DNA of 64,000 nt, from positions 1,440,001-1,504,000 of the forward strand of contig OY729427.2 in assembly GCA_963422375.2 (NCBI GenBank), read 5' to 3'. Under the pieces are notes generated by a model, which saw nothing but the letters and a program-made list of their open reading frames with translations, did no database searches and was not told the origin of the DNA. Shown here piece by piece: positions 29,026-38,351 of the stretch (positions are counted from its first letter, which is position 1; each line of letters starts with the position of its first letter). This DNA comes from Bryobacterales bacterium (lineage in GTDB: Bacteria; Acidobacteriota; Terriglobia; Bryobacterales; UBA6623). Made by a program: the position numbers and the translations under genes.

Positions 29026-29457
29026 TCAGCGTTGCGCGAGGCTCTCGTACGTCTCGTCTTCCGACGCGTCGGTGGTGACGGGAAGGCCACGCGGAGCCCA
29101 GCCGGGATAGGTCAGGGCTCCGGTCATGTCGGATTCCCCGTGGAACCCGCCGCGCATGTCGACGACGTTTTCGAAACCGTTCGCGAGCAGGACCTGGGCG
29201 GCCCGCATCGAGCGCCCTCCCTTGAGGCAGGCGGTAATGATCTTGGCGTCGCGCCCCAAGGCCGTCTCGCACACGGCGACGAAGTCGTGGTTCGGCTGCA
29301 TCCCGGCCGGCGTGCGGTGCAGCAACGGAATATTCTTGGCTCCGGGGGCGTGCCCGGCCTCGAACTCCGGAATCGAGCGCACGTCCAGATAGACGTAGCC
29401 CTCGCCGGATTCAAGCAGATCCCTAGCCTCTTCGGGCGAAATGCGTTTGAGTGACAT
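29026..29457 (-). CDS. Rhodanese-like domain protein
   Basis: YLDVRSIPEFEAGHAPGA.NIP, CLKGGRS, DMRGG. Confidence 0.9.
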   Translation of the reverse strand: MSLKRISPEEARDLLESGEGYVYLDVRSIPEFEAGHAPGAKNIPLLHRTPAGMQPNHDFVAVCETALGRDAKIITACLKGGRSMRAAQVLLANGFENVVDMRGGFHGESDMTGALTYPGWAPRGLPVTTDASEDETYESLAQR

Positions 29458-30118
29458 CGAGCGGCCACCCCCAACTTCGCCTATCGACACCGTGCCTGTC
29501 AACCCGAACACTGCGACCGGCCGCGCCGATTCGGTTCCGAGAGCGGCCCGGCCCATGAACGGTGGAATCGAGACCGTACCCGACTTCGGGGGGACGTCCA
29601 TCCGCTCGGCGGGCCATCAACCAGTGGCAGTAGACCCACGGGAGAGGCGGGCCTGCTCATCCGTCTCTCATCGACGGACCCCGCTGCATCCGTCGGAAGA
29701 GTTGTCGACCGACGAAACGGTGGGGTCTCAGTGGCATCCTACCCTCGCTGCGCGCTCGGCTGCAGCGCAATGCGATGCCCGACCCTGCCTCGCGGATCGG
29801 GGCGCTCCCGTTCGGGTTGCGTCTGCTACTCCCTCAATCGGCGCAGGATCCAAGGTCCCGCAGCTACCTGCCCCGGCCTTCCCGTTCGCAACTCAGCGGT
29901 CCCAAGCGAGGCGCCCGGACCAATCCGGGTCTCCAGCGTGATCTCCTCCGCCAATCTGACCCGCTGCACCCGACTCGACCCCGGGACCGCCCCAACCCAG
30001 GCCTTTCTGAATCGGACCCCCTAGGAGCCAATTGCGCTGGACCGAGCGACTGACATCTTGCGGGGCGAGCGCCATGTCGGTAGAGGGACTGGATCAGGAT
30101 GCACCGAGGGAAGGAATC

Positions 30119-30964
30119 GTGAGAGGCCAGCAGCAGGATCTGCTTGATGCGCACATCGTCGCGCCCTTCAAGACTGGTCTCTTGACGTGGATTGGCAACA
30201 AGCAGCGCTTCGCCCACCGGATGGCGTGATTTTCTCCGATCAAGATCAACACGTACTCGGAACTTGTTCTGGGTAGTGGCGCGGTCCTTGCTACGATGGC
30301 AATTGATCGATGCGTAGCCTCAGACCACATTGGCCTCCTCATTGAGATTTGGAAGACTCTCTCGAGCGATCCCGAACTCTTCAACTTGTGATACAGTGAT
30401 CGTTGGTTGTACTCTCAATACGGTGACCGGTCAGCCCAGTATGAACGCATCAATTCATCGTACAATAGACGCCCCAATGGTGCCGATATTCTATTCCTTT
30501 TCCGGCCCTACTAGGGGGGGGGTGGGGGAGGGTAGTGAGATTTCGAAAATCAGATGGATATATGTCTACACTTTGCGGCATTACCGAACCGAAGGAACAG
30601 ACTGCCTCTTGATGAATTACGAAGAGGCGACGAACAAGGCCAAATGCGGAGATTTAGTCTATTGTGACCCAATCTATAGCAATATCTAGAGAATCCTTGA
30701 TGGAACCCAATCTCTTGACTTGCTCAATCTAATTCAGAAGATTGACAATTGCAAGTCCAGAGGAGTATTTGTCACACTGAGCATTGATAGCACAAGAGCA
30801 TCAGGAAAACACGAAGTAAAGCCCCCCCTCTCCCGAAGTGCCTATTTGAGCAAAAAGTATTCATCGACTGTGGTGCATCCATGCTTCAGAGGTTTCAAAT
30901 GAACGGTGAAACGCTAAGCAGAGAGAATGTCGCAGATCGCTTGCTCTTGACCCACGGTTCTTGA
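30119..30964 (+). pseudogene. Degraded Dam-family (D12-class) N6-adenine DNA methyltransferase
   Basis: Manual translation: LLTWIGNKQRFA, ELVLGSGAV (motif I, decayed), NGADILFL, VVRFRKSDGYMST, GDLVYCDPIY (DPPY decayed), LSID, SMLQRFQM..DRLLLT; several in-frame stops and frameshifts; low GC. Confidence 0.85.
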
Positions 30965-31670
30965 ATCCGCCCCGCCTGACGCTGGTCGATCCACTCCTTG
31001 GTGAGGCTTGGAATTCATTCAATCACTTCCTTGCCAAATAATACTTCGTCCACATATCCCCTGTTCGGCGTATCAATGATGCGACATAGGTGCGACTCTC
31101 CCGTGATATGCCAAGAATTATAAGCATCAATCATCAAGTAATTTAATGTCTTAATGCCTTCGATGGCTCGCATTTATCTGATCTATTCCGTCAAGGAGTC
31201 TCTCGCATACACCGTCCTCAATCTTACTCTCAAATGTCTTCGCATAATAGTATTCTTTGATTTCCCATATCGCAAACGAGCCTTCGACAGAAAGAAATAC
31301 ACCGTAAACTCTTTTTTATGATGTCCGAGTAATGCCACCATCCTGGGAAAATATCGTCATGTTCGTTGGGGATTAATCATAATATAGGCCAGACAGTCCG
31401 TCGGCAATCAGCATATTGATAGTCTGCTTGAAGCACGCAGGACCGACCCTAGCTCCCAATTCTTCCCTCGATTCGTGTATCCAAGTGTATGACTCAGGAT
31501 TCGGACCTATGCCCAGAATCTCTCGGGTTGTCTCAAGTATTGCGGGTTCCCCGTCATCTGAAGTGCCGAAACGAGTGGGATGATATTCCCAAGGTATTGC
31601 TCATGAGTCTCGACATGGCCCAGGAGTCACTGCCGACGCCGTTCAGTCCGAAATGGTGGTTTGGGACGAC
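30965..31670 (-). pseudogene. Degraded putative Type II restriction endonuclease, convergent with the MTase
   Basis: Minus-strand fragments AIWEIKEYYYAKTFESKIEDGVCERLLDG and YLMIDAYNSW..GESHLCRIID...GYVDEVLFGKEV; ExK motif of PD-(D/E)xK type; broken by stops and frameshifts; low GC. Confidence 0.6.
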
Positions 31671-32090
31671 TTGCCGTCGTTGGCGGTCCCTTGGGCTCGT
31701 CGCAGCACTGATTCAGCGCGACTACTGGGAATCCTGCCGAGAGTCTATGCCCTAACGAATCAGCACGTGAGCGTTGATTACGGTAACCAACAGACTGGGC
31801 TCGGCCCTCGCGAACCGACTGCGTACCCCCCGCAACGCGTACGAACGTGGCCGCCCTTGCGAAGTCGGGCCAGCGGCGGTGCTGCAATTCCCTTCTCCGT
31901 TCAGCCACGCCGGAACAACGCCTACCAAAGCGTACCCACATCGAGACTCCTTTAATCACCTCGCTAGCGTCCAACCAAGGGTGGGCGCCGGGAGGGCCGT
32001 CGCGACAGGACGCGATTGTCGTCAGCAGTCCAGAGACAGGCTCAACGGCCAGCCCCGCGCGCAATCGCTATGATGAGCGATTCTTCGGCC

Positions 32091-33017
32091 ATGCCGTCCG
32101 CCCCCGAGATTTCCGTTGTCGTCCCTGTCCGCAACGAGGAGGCGAGCGTAGAGGAACTGGAGCGGCAGCTGCGCGCTGTGCTGCCCGCGAGCCACGAGAT
32201 CCTATTCGTCGACGACGGGAGCACGGACGGCACATGGGGCCGGCTGGCGGGCATTCACGAGCCCGGTCGCGTGCGCCTGGTGCGATTCCGAGCGGGAGCA
32301 GGCAAGTCCGCCGCCCTCATGGCGGGATTCGCGCGCTCGCGGGCGCCCGTGGTGTTCACCTTGGACGGCGACCTGCAGGACGACCCGACCGAGATTCCGG
32401 CCTTCCTCGCGAAGCTCCGCGAGGGCTACGACCTCGTGTCCGGATGGAAGCGCGTCCGCCGTGACCCGCTGCACAAGGTCGCAGCGTCGCGAGCCTTCAA
32501 CCTTGTCATGCGACTGGTGGCGGGCATCGGCCTGCACGACATGAACTGCGGCTTCAAGTGCTACCGCGCCGAAGTCACCCGCTCGCTGCGCATATACGGC
32601 GAACAGCACAGGTTCATCCCCGTCTTCGCGGCGCATAACGGCTTCCGCGTCGGCGAGATCGAGGTGCGCCACCGGCCCCGCCGCCACGGCCGCTCCAAGT
32701 ACGGGCTCGGCCGCCTCGCGAAGGGCTTCATCGACCTAGGCACCGTGCTGCTCCGCACGAGATACCGGAACCGGCCCGCCCACGCGTTCGGGCTAGCGGC
32801 CCTCGCCTGCATGGCGGCGGCGGCCGTCCTGGCTATCCTCGCCGCAGCCGTACCGGCGGGACTGCGGATCTCAATTCTCAGCATGGGCTGTTCGCTTGCC
32901 CTCGCGACGGTTTCGTCGGTGCTCATGGCCTGCGGCTGGCTGGCGGAAACGCACCTAGACATTTCGGGAGGCGCGGACAGGGGCGATTGGCCGGCCATCG
33001 AGGAAGCCCGTGATTAG
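32091..33017 (+). CDS. GT2 glycosyltransferase (ArnC/DPM synthase-like)
   Basis: SVVVPVRNE, VDDGSTD, TLDGDLQDDP, HDMNCGFK, HRFIP, SKYG, two C-terminal TM segments. Confidence 0.92.
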   Translation: MPSAPEISVVVPVRNEEASVEELERQLRAVLPASHEILFVDDGSTDGTWGRLAGIHEPGRVRLVRFRAGAGKSAALMAGFARSRAPVVFTLDGDLQDDPTEIPAFLAKLREGYDLVSGWKRVRRDPLHKVAASRAFNLVMRLVAGIGLHDMNCGFKCYRAEVTRSLRIYGEQHRFIPVFAAHNGFRVGEIEVRHRPRRHGRSKYGLGRLAKGFIDLGTVLLRTRYRNRPAHAFGLAALACMAAAAVLAILAAAVPAGLRISILSMGCSLALATVSSVLMACGWLAETHLDISGGADRGDWPAIEEARD

Positions 33018-33930
33018 CCGAGGGCTAACCCGTGCGAAGCTCGTCCTGCCGCTGATTCTGGCCTACTTCATCGGCCGGTCGATCTACGGGAACTGGGAAC
33101 AAGTCCGCGCCGAGTCGTGGAGGCTGGACCCCGCGTGGCTGGCGCTATCCGCGGCGCTGGCGGCGGCGTGGTACCTAGTCCGCCCGCTGGGCTGGACCCT
33201 CCTGTTGCGAGGATTCGGCCCCGACCTGCCGTACGCGGAAATCTACCGGGTCTACCGCAAGTCGGAACTCAGCCGGTACGTCCCCGGAGGCATCTGGCAG
33301 TTCGCCGCCCGAATCTACCTCACCCAACGCTACGGGGTCGGGGCGGCGGCCTGTTTGGCAGCGACGCTGCTGGACATGACTCTCGCAGCTCTGGCGGCCA
33401 TGATTCCAGCGGCCTGGGTGGCCGCGGCGGCGCACGAGTCGCTAGGCCCATGGCAACGGCTCGCCGTGCTGGCTTTCCCGGCCTTCGCGTCCGTGCTGGT
33501 CATCCCGCGCGTGCTCAACGCATGGGCCGGCCCGCTCGCAAGGCTGCTCAAACAGCCCTACCAGCCTCTCGAGATCGGTGCGGCACGAATGTTCGCGATC
33601 TGGGGCATGTACGTTGCCACATGGACGTCGCTTGCGCTCGCTGCGGGGTGCTTCGCGCGCGCGCTGCTTCCCGGAATCGACAGCGACGTACTCCTCTACA
33701 TCGCGGGCTGCTATGCGCTGGCCTGGCTCGCGGCGCTGCTGACGATCGTCTCGCCGGCCGGGATGGGAATCCGCGAAGGCCTGCTCGGACTTCTGCTCGG
33801 GCAGGCCTTGGCGGTCGGCACGGCCATGACACTGGCGGTAGCGATCCGCCTGTGGGTCGTCTGCCTGGAACTGGGGTGGCTGGGCGTCGGCTATTTGATG
33901 CCGCGAAGGCCTTGCGCGGCAGCGGACTAG
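33010..33930 (+). CDS. Lysylphosphatidylglycerol-synthase-TM / flippase-like membrane protein
   Basis: SELSRYVPGGIW, SPAGMGIREG; many TM segments; overlaps the GT2 gene. Confidence 0.8.
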   Translation: MISRGLTRAKLVLPLILAYFIGRSIYGNWEQVRAESWRLDPAWLALSAALAAAWYLVRPLGWTLLLRGFGPDLPYAEIYRVYRKSELSRYVPGGIWQFAARIYLTQRYGVGAAACLAATLLDMTLAALAAMIPAAWVAAAAHESLGPWQRLAVLAFPAFASVLVIPRVLNAWAGPLARLLKQPYQPLEIGAARMFAIWGMYVATWTSLALAAGCFARALLPGIDSDVLLYIAGCYALAWLAALLTIVSPAGMGIREGLLGLLLGQALAVGTAMTLAVAIRLWVVCLELGWLGVGYLMPRRPCAAAD

Positions 33931-34568
33931 AGCTCGCGCACAGCGATGTTCCGGAACCGGTGCTCGAGACCGGGACGGCAACGGTTCCCGCCATGCACCT
34001 GCACGGCGATGCTGCCTTTCTCCGCACGGTTCGGCAAGCGGTTCGCGGTGTCTTGAAAATCCACGACCCGGGTGCCGTTCAGCCAGACCTCGATGCGGGG
34101 CGCTCCGCCGCGGATGCGCGCCCGCAGCGCGTTCCATGCCCCGTCCTTCCAAGCCTCGCGCCATCCCTCCGCCGGCTTCGTCACGACGCCCTCGAGCCGC
34201 TCGCCGTAGACGCCGCCCATGTTCCCTCCCTCCAAGTAGTCCAGCATCACCTGGTATGCCTGGCCGCTGCCGCTCGAGCGCAGGAAGAGGCCGCCGTCGC
34301 ATCCGAAGTCGGGCTTGATCTCGACGTACACTTCAAAATCGCCGAACACCTCGTCGGTCAGCAGGATGCCTCCGTTGCCCTCCCGGTCCTGCTTGCCCAC
34401 AAGCGCACCTTCGAACACCCGCCATTCCTTGGTGTCCCCGTGATGATTGGTCAGGCTCGTGTGCCAGCCGGCTAGGTTGCGCCCATTGAAGATCGAACGA
34501 AATCCGTCGGGCGGCTGCGCGCCGAGCAGCAGCGGAATCAGGAGCGGAAGAGTCTGTCGGATGCGCAA
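33927..34568 (-). CDS. DUF1080 (3-keto-disaccharide hydrolase-like) secreted protein
   Basis: GFRSIFNGRNLAGW, FGDFE, DGGLFLRS, AWN, GSIAVQVHG, FRNIAVREL; TTG start with GGAGGAGG SD. Confidence 0.87.
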   Translation of the reverse strand: MRIRQTLPLLIPLLLGAQPPDGFRSIFNGRNLAGWHTSLTNHHGDTKEWRVFEGALVGKQDREGNGGILLTDEVFGDFEVYVEIKPDFGCDGGLFLRSSGSGQAYQVMLDYLEGGNMGGVYGERLEGVVTKPAEGWREAWKDGAWNALRARIRGGAPRIEVWLNGTRVVDFQDTANRLPNRAEKGSIAVQVHGGNRCRPGLEHRFRNIAVREL

Positions 34569-34694
34569 GGCGCCTCCTCCTCCGAGGTAGCGTAGCACGG
34601 GAGGCTGGAGTCTCCGGATCCGGGGCCGAGGACGCGCTTGTATACTGTACCCGTGCAGGCGGCGGGAGCCGCCCCGAGGGAGCATTCGGCGCGG

Positions 34695-35027
34695 ATGGCC
34701 GGGTATTACCGAGACGACGACTTGCCCCGCTTCGCGGATATGGCCGCGGGCGCGCCGGAACTGTGGGAGAAGTTCGAGTCGTGGTACACCGCGGTATTCC
34801 GGGCGGGGGCCCTGACGGAACGCGAGAAAAGCCTCATCGCGCTCGCCGTGGCGCACGCAGTGCAGTGCCCTTACTGCATCGACGCCTACACCCAAGCCTG
34901 CCTGGAGAAGGGCTCGAACCGGGAGCAGATGACAGAAGCGGTCCATGTCGCGTCGGCCATCAAGGGCGGGGCCGCGCTGGTTCACGGCCTGCAGATGCGG
35001 CGCGTCGCGGACAAGCTCAGCATGTAG
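34695..35027 (+). CDS. Carboxymuconolactone decarboxylase/AhpD-family peroxidase-like protein associated with ArsS-type radical SAM
   Basis: GALTEREKSLIALAVAHAVQCPYCIDAY, GGAALVHG.QM...KLSM. Confidence 0.9.
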   Translation: MAGYYRDDDLPRFADMAAGAPELWEKFESWYTAVFRAGALTEREKSLIALAVAHAVQCPYCIDAYTQACLEKGSNREQMTEAVHVASAIKGGAALVHGLQMRRVADKLSM

Positions 35028-35033
35028 GGGGCC

Positions 35034-36083
35034 GTGGGACTCAGCCTTAAAGCGAGCCGCCATCCGCTGGCGTCGCCCCGCGAGCAGCTGCGGATTATCG
35101 GCAACGGCGCGGGCGGCAAGCGCTTCCAGCCATTCCGGGACAAGCTGGCCGAGGCGGGGGTGGGGCCGCTGGCCGCCAAGGCCATCGAAGTATTCCAAAT
35201 CAACGTAGGCAAGCTGTGCAACCAAGCATGCAAGCACTGCCACGTCGACGCCGGGCCCGACCGGACGGCAGAGAACATGAGCCGCGAGACGCTCGATCTC
35301 TGCCTGGCCGCGGTCCGGCGGGTCGGTCGCCCGCGGGTCGACATCACGGGCGGCGCGCCGGAACTCAACCCGCATTTCCGCTGGTTCGTGCAGCAGGTCC
35401 GCTCGCTCGGCTGCCGCGTGATCGACCGCTGCAATCTGACCGTCCTCCTGCTGGACTCCCAGCGGGGCCTAGCCAACTTCCTCGCGGCCCACGAGGTCGA
35501 AGTGATCGCGAGCCTACCGTACTTCCTCGGATCCCGCACCGACGCCCAGCGCGGCGACGGCGTGTTCGACAAGTCGGTCGCGGCGCTGCGCAAGCTGAAC
35601 GCGCTGGGGTACGGACGTCCGGGAAGCGGGCTCCTGCTCAATCTCGTCTACAATCCGACCGGCGCGTTCCTCCCCCCCGACCAAGCGGCGCTCGAAGCGG
35701 ACTTCCGCCGCGAGCTACGCGCGCGTCACGGGATCGAGTTCAACTCGCTCTACACGATCACCAACATGCCAATCAGCCGGTACCTCGAGTTTCTGATCCG
35801 CAGCGGCAACTACCGCCGTTACATGGAGAGGCTGGTGGGGACGTTCAACCGGGCCGCGGTCGCTGGCGTCATGTGCCGCACGATGATCTCGGTCGGCTGG
35901 GACGGCAGGATCTTCGACTGCGACTTCAACCAGATGCTCGATCTCGAGGTCGGCTACGGCGCTCCGCGCCATATCCGCGACTTCGACCCGGACGCCCTCG
36001 CTAGCCGCCGAATCGTGAGCGACCAGCACTGCTACGGATGCACCGCCGGCGCGGGATCCAGTTGCGGCGGCGCAACCGCCTGA
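35034..36083 (+). CDS. arsS: Arsenosugar-biosynthesis-type radical SAM protein (Cys-rich C-terminus, DUF3641-type)
   Basis: QINVGKLCNQACKHCHVDAGP (CxxxCxxC), DITGGAPELNP, NMPISR, MCR, DCDFNQML, HCYGCTAGAGSSCGG. Confidence 0.88.
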   Translation: MGLSLKASRHPLASPREQLRIIGNGAGGKRFQPFRDKLAEAGVGPLAAKAIEVFQINVGKLCNQACKHCHVDAGPDRTAENMSRETLDLCLAAVRRVGRPRVDITGGAPELNPHFRWFVQQVRSLGCRVIDRCNLTVLLLDSQRGLANFLAAHEVEVIASLPYFLGSRTDAQRGDGVFDKSVAALRKLNALGYGRPGSGLLLNLVYNPTGAFLPPDQAALEADFRRELRARHGIEFNSLYTITNMPISRYLEFLIRSGNYRRYMERLVGTFNRAAVAGVMCRTMISVGWDGRIFDCDFNQMLDLEVGYGAPRHIRDFDPDALASRRIVSDQHCYGCTAGAGSSCGGATA

Positions 36084-36172
36084 GGCCGGATCGCAGCGGT
36101 CGGCAGCCGCAGCCTGATGTAGACTGGGACTGTCCGAGCGCGGCCGCGCTCCACCTAGGAAGGACGGTTTCC

Positions 36173-36862
36173 ATGCTGACCAAGATCCACGTCTGGCTCG
36201 CCGTGGCAGCTACCATCGTGCTGCTGGCCCGTTGCGGCGGCAGCGAAGCGCCCCCCGAAGAGGCTCCGCCCGAACCGCCGGAAGTGACCGAGGCCCCTCC
36301 GGTTGCCGAACCGGAAGTCGAGGCGAGAGTGGAGCCCGAGCCCGCACCGGCCCCGGAGCCGACCGGCCCGCCCAAGGTCCGCATGGAGACTTCCATGGGC
36401 TCGATGGTCTTGGAACTCTATCCGGATCGCGCGCCGGAAACGGTCGCGAATTTCCTGAAATACGTGGACGAGGAATTCTACGACCGCACGATTTTCCATC
36501 GGGTAATCCCCAGCTTCATGGTCCAAGGCGGCGGGTTCACCGCGTCGATGAGTGAGAAGCAAACCCGGCCGGGAATTCGGAACGAGGCCGGTGGGCTGTC
36601 GAATGTCAGGTACAGCATCTCCATGGCCCGAACCTCGGATCCGCACAGCGCCACTGCGCAGTTCTTCATCAATCACGTCACGAATCGCGGGCTGGACAAG
36701 GACCAGGCCCCGGACGGATGGGGCTACTGCGCCTTCGGCAAGGTAGTCGAGGGGACCGAGGTGATCGACAAGATCGCCGGGGTGCCCACAGGAAACCGCG
36801 ACGGGCACCAGAACGTGCCCGTCACGCCAGTGCTGATTCGCAAGGTCGAGCGAGTCGGGTAG
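36173..36862 (+). CDS. Cyclophilin-type peptidyl-prolyl isomerase, probable lipoprotein
   Basis: LLARC lipobox-like site, Pro/Glu linker, FHRVIPSFMVQGGG, MARTSDPHSATAQFFIN, FGKV. Confidence 0.92.
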   Translation: MLTKIHVWLAVAATIVLLARCGGSEAPPEEAPPEPPEVTEAPPVAEPEVEARVEPEPAPAPEPTGPPKVRMETSMGSMVLELYPDRAPETVANFLKYVDEEFYDRTIFHRVIPSFMVQGGGFTASMSEKQTRPGIRNEAGGLSNVRYSISMARTSDPHSATAQFFINHVTNRGLDKDQAPDGWGYCAFGKVVEGTEVIDKIAGVPTGNRDGHQNVPVTPVLIRKVERVG

Positions 36863-37060
36863 CCCGAATCGGCTGGGCGCTCCGCCCGACCTTCTCGCGA
36901 CGGGGTCCCGCCGGAGCGGTAGTCGCACGCCCTCCGTCGCGCACTCAGCCGGCTGAATTGCGGCTCGGCTGGCCTGAAGTGGACACGGTAGCGGGCGGTC
37001 TCGGCTGGGACTCTGTTCTAGTCGCACGCCGCGATTGCGGACCGCTCCCGCGGGAACGTC

Positions 37061-37078
37061 CGCACGCCCGGGCGTGCG
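37061..37078. repeat. Perfect 18-bp palindrome with related direct repeats upstream
   Basis: CGCACGCCCGGGCGTGCG at 37061-37078; TAGTCGCACGCC at 36920-36931 and 37019-37030. Confidence 0.75.
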
Positions 37079-37280
37079 ACGACGGGAGATGCCTTGGCCC
37101 AATGTCCGGCCGGCATCCGGCACACCCAGTGTCCGCGCCTGGAGCGATTCTCGGACCACGAGGTTTCGGGAACGAGCACGACGAGACCCTTGCCGACAGT
37201 AGCGATCCGGCTATATCCCAAGACTCGACACTGGCGCGCTGGCCAAGGGCTGCTAGCCTTAGACTCCTCAGGAGGAACGC

Positions 37281-37773
37281 ATGGGAGGGTCGCAAGTGTA
37301 CAGCGCACGCGCGGTCGCGAATTTCATGATTGAGCAGGTGGCATTGGACGGGGTTTGCCTCACCTCAATGCAGCTTCTGAAGCTCGTGTACATCGCGCAC
37401 GGCTGGAACCTAGCGGTCTATGGCCGCCCCCTGGTACGAGACCGGATCGAAAGCTTGGAAGTACGGTCCGGTCATCCCCGACCTGTACCAAGCTGTGAAA
37501 AAGTGGGGTTCAGGACCTGTGAGGGAGACGCTCCCGGGCTATCACGCTGCGACCGGCGTGTTCGAGGATTCCGACAGGGAACTGATGTCCATCGTGCTGT
37601 CATCGTACGGGCACCTCGGCGGCCTCGATCTTTCGAATCTGACGCACAAGAAGGACACACCTTGGTTCAAGGTCTACTTTGAGCGAGGTGGCCGCGAGAG
37701 GCGTCACGCAGCGATTCCGGGCCAACTGATCAAGGAGCACTTCGACGGGCTCCTTCGGGAAGCTGTGCCATGA
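37281..37773 (+). pseudogene. Panacea (DUF4065/SocA-like) antitoxin with a single +1 frameshift
   Basis: ARAVANFMI, LTSMQLLKLVYIAHGW, RIE/AWKYGPVIPDLY, LSNLTH..DTPW, IKEHF; extra A in ATCGAAAGCTTGG at 37446-37458; GGAGG SD. Confidence 0.85.
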
Positions 37774-38351
37774 CATCTGACAGCGACGCCCCTGCGCATC
37801 CGCTTGGTGCCGATCAGGAGGGAAGCCTCGGGGTTGGGGTCGAATTGAAGGAGCGCCTGCAGGCCGTCGCCTCTCTGACCCAAGACATTGAAAGCCCCTG
37901 CAAGGGAGACGACACCGACGCCAAACCGAACGGGAAGCGCAAGCGAGCCTCTACCTAGTGCTTGTGACAAAACCCCTGAATTCTGGCCTGATCAGCATTT
38001 CATGCTACATCCTGATGTCGGATGGATCTCCAAACACAACATATAGGGCCCAAGGTCGGAAGTTGCTCAGCCGCCAATCGCGAAGATTTCCGCGCTCTAC
38101 CCAGAATTGGCAGGATTTCGGACTAGTCGTAGCATTCCAGTGAAATCTTCACCTTGAGAGATTGGACCTAACGCCTTTGTTGTCAAGAGAATACGAGTTT
38201 TGTCACAGGCACTACCTAACGGAAGAGGCCCAACGCGTCATGGCCGACCAAGAAAGGGTTCAAACCGAATTGATCGGGGAAACCAGCCTACTCCGGACAG
38301 AGTACGCTTCCCGAGCTTACGACTTCACGGAGGATTGAGTGTATTGCGTTT

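Noticed and set aside
29600..29900. Cobalamin-riboswitch-like words (GCCACTG, GGGAAGG) on the minus strand
   Set aside because: The order is reversed and the other conserved B12-box elements are missing.
31627..31941. Minus-strand ORF with a strong AAAGGAG SD upstream of the endonuclease remnant
   Set aside because: The translation has no recognisable motif (no HTH for a controller protein); it cannot be supported.
36040..36120. Selenocysteine read-through at the ArsS C-terminus
   Set aside because: The SSCGG position is an ordinary TGC Cys and the TGA falls at the normal end of the family.
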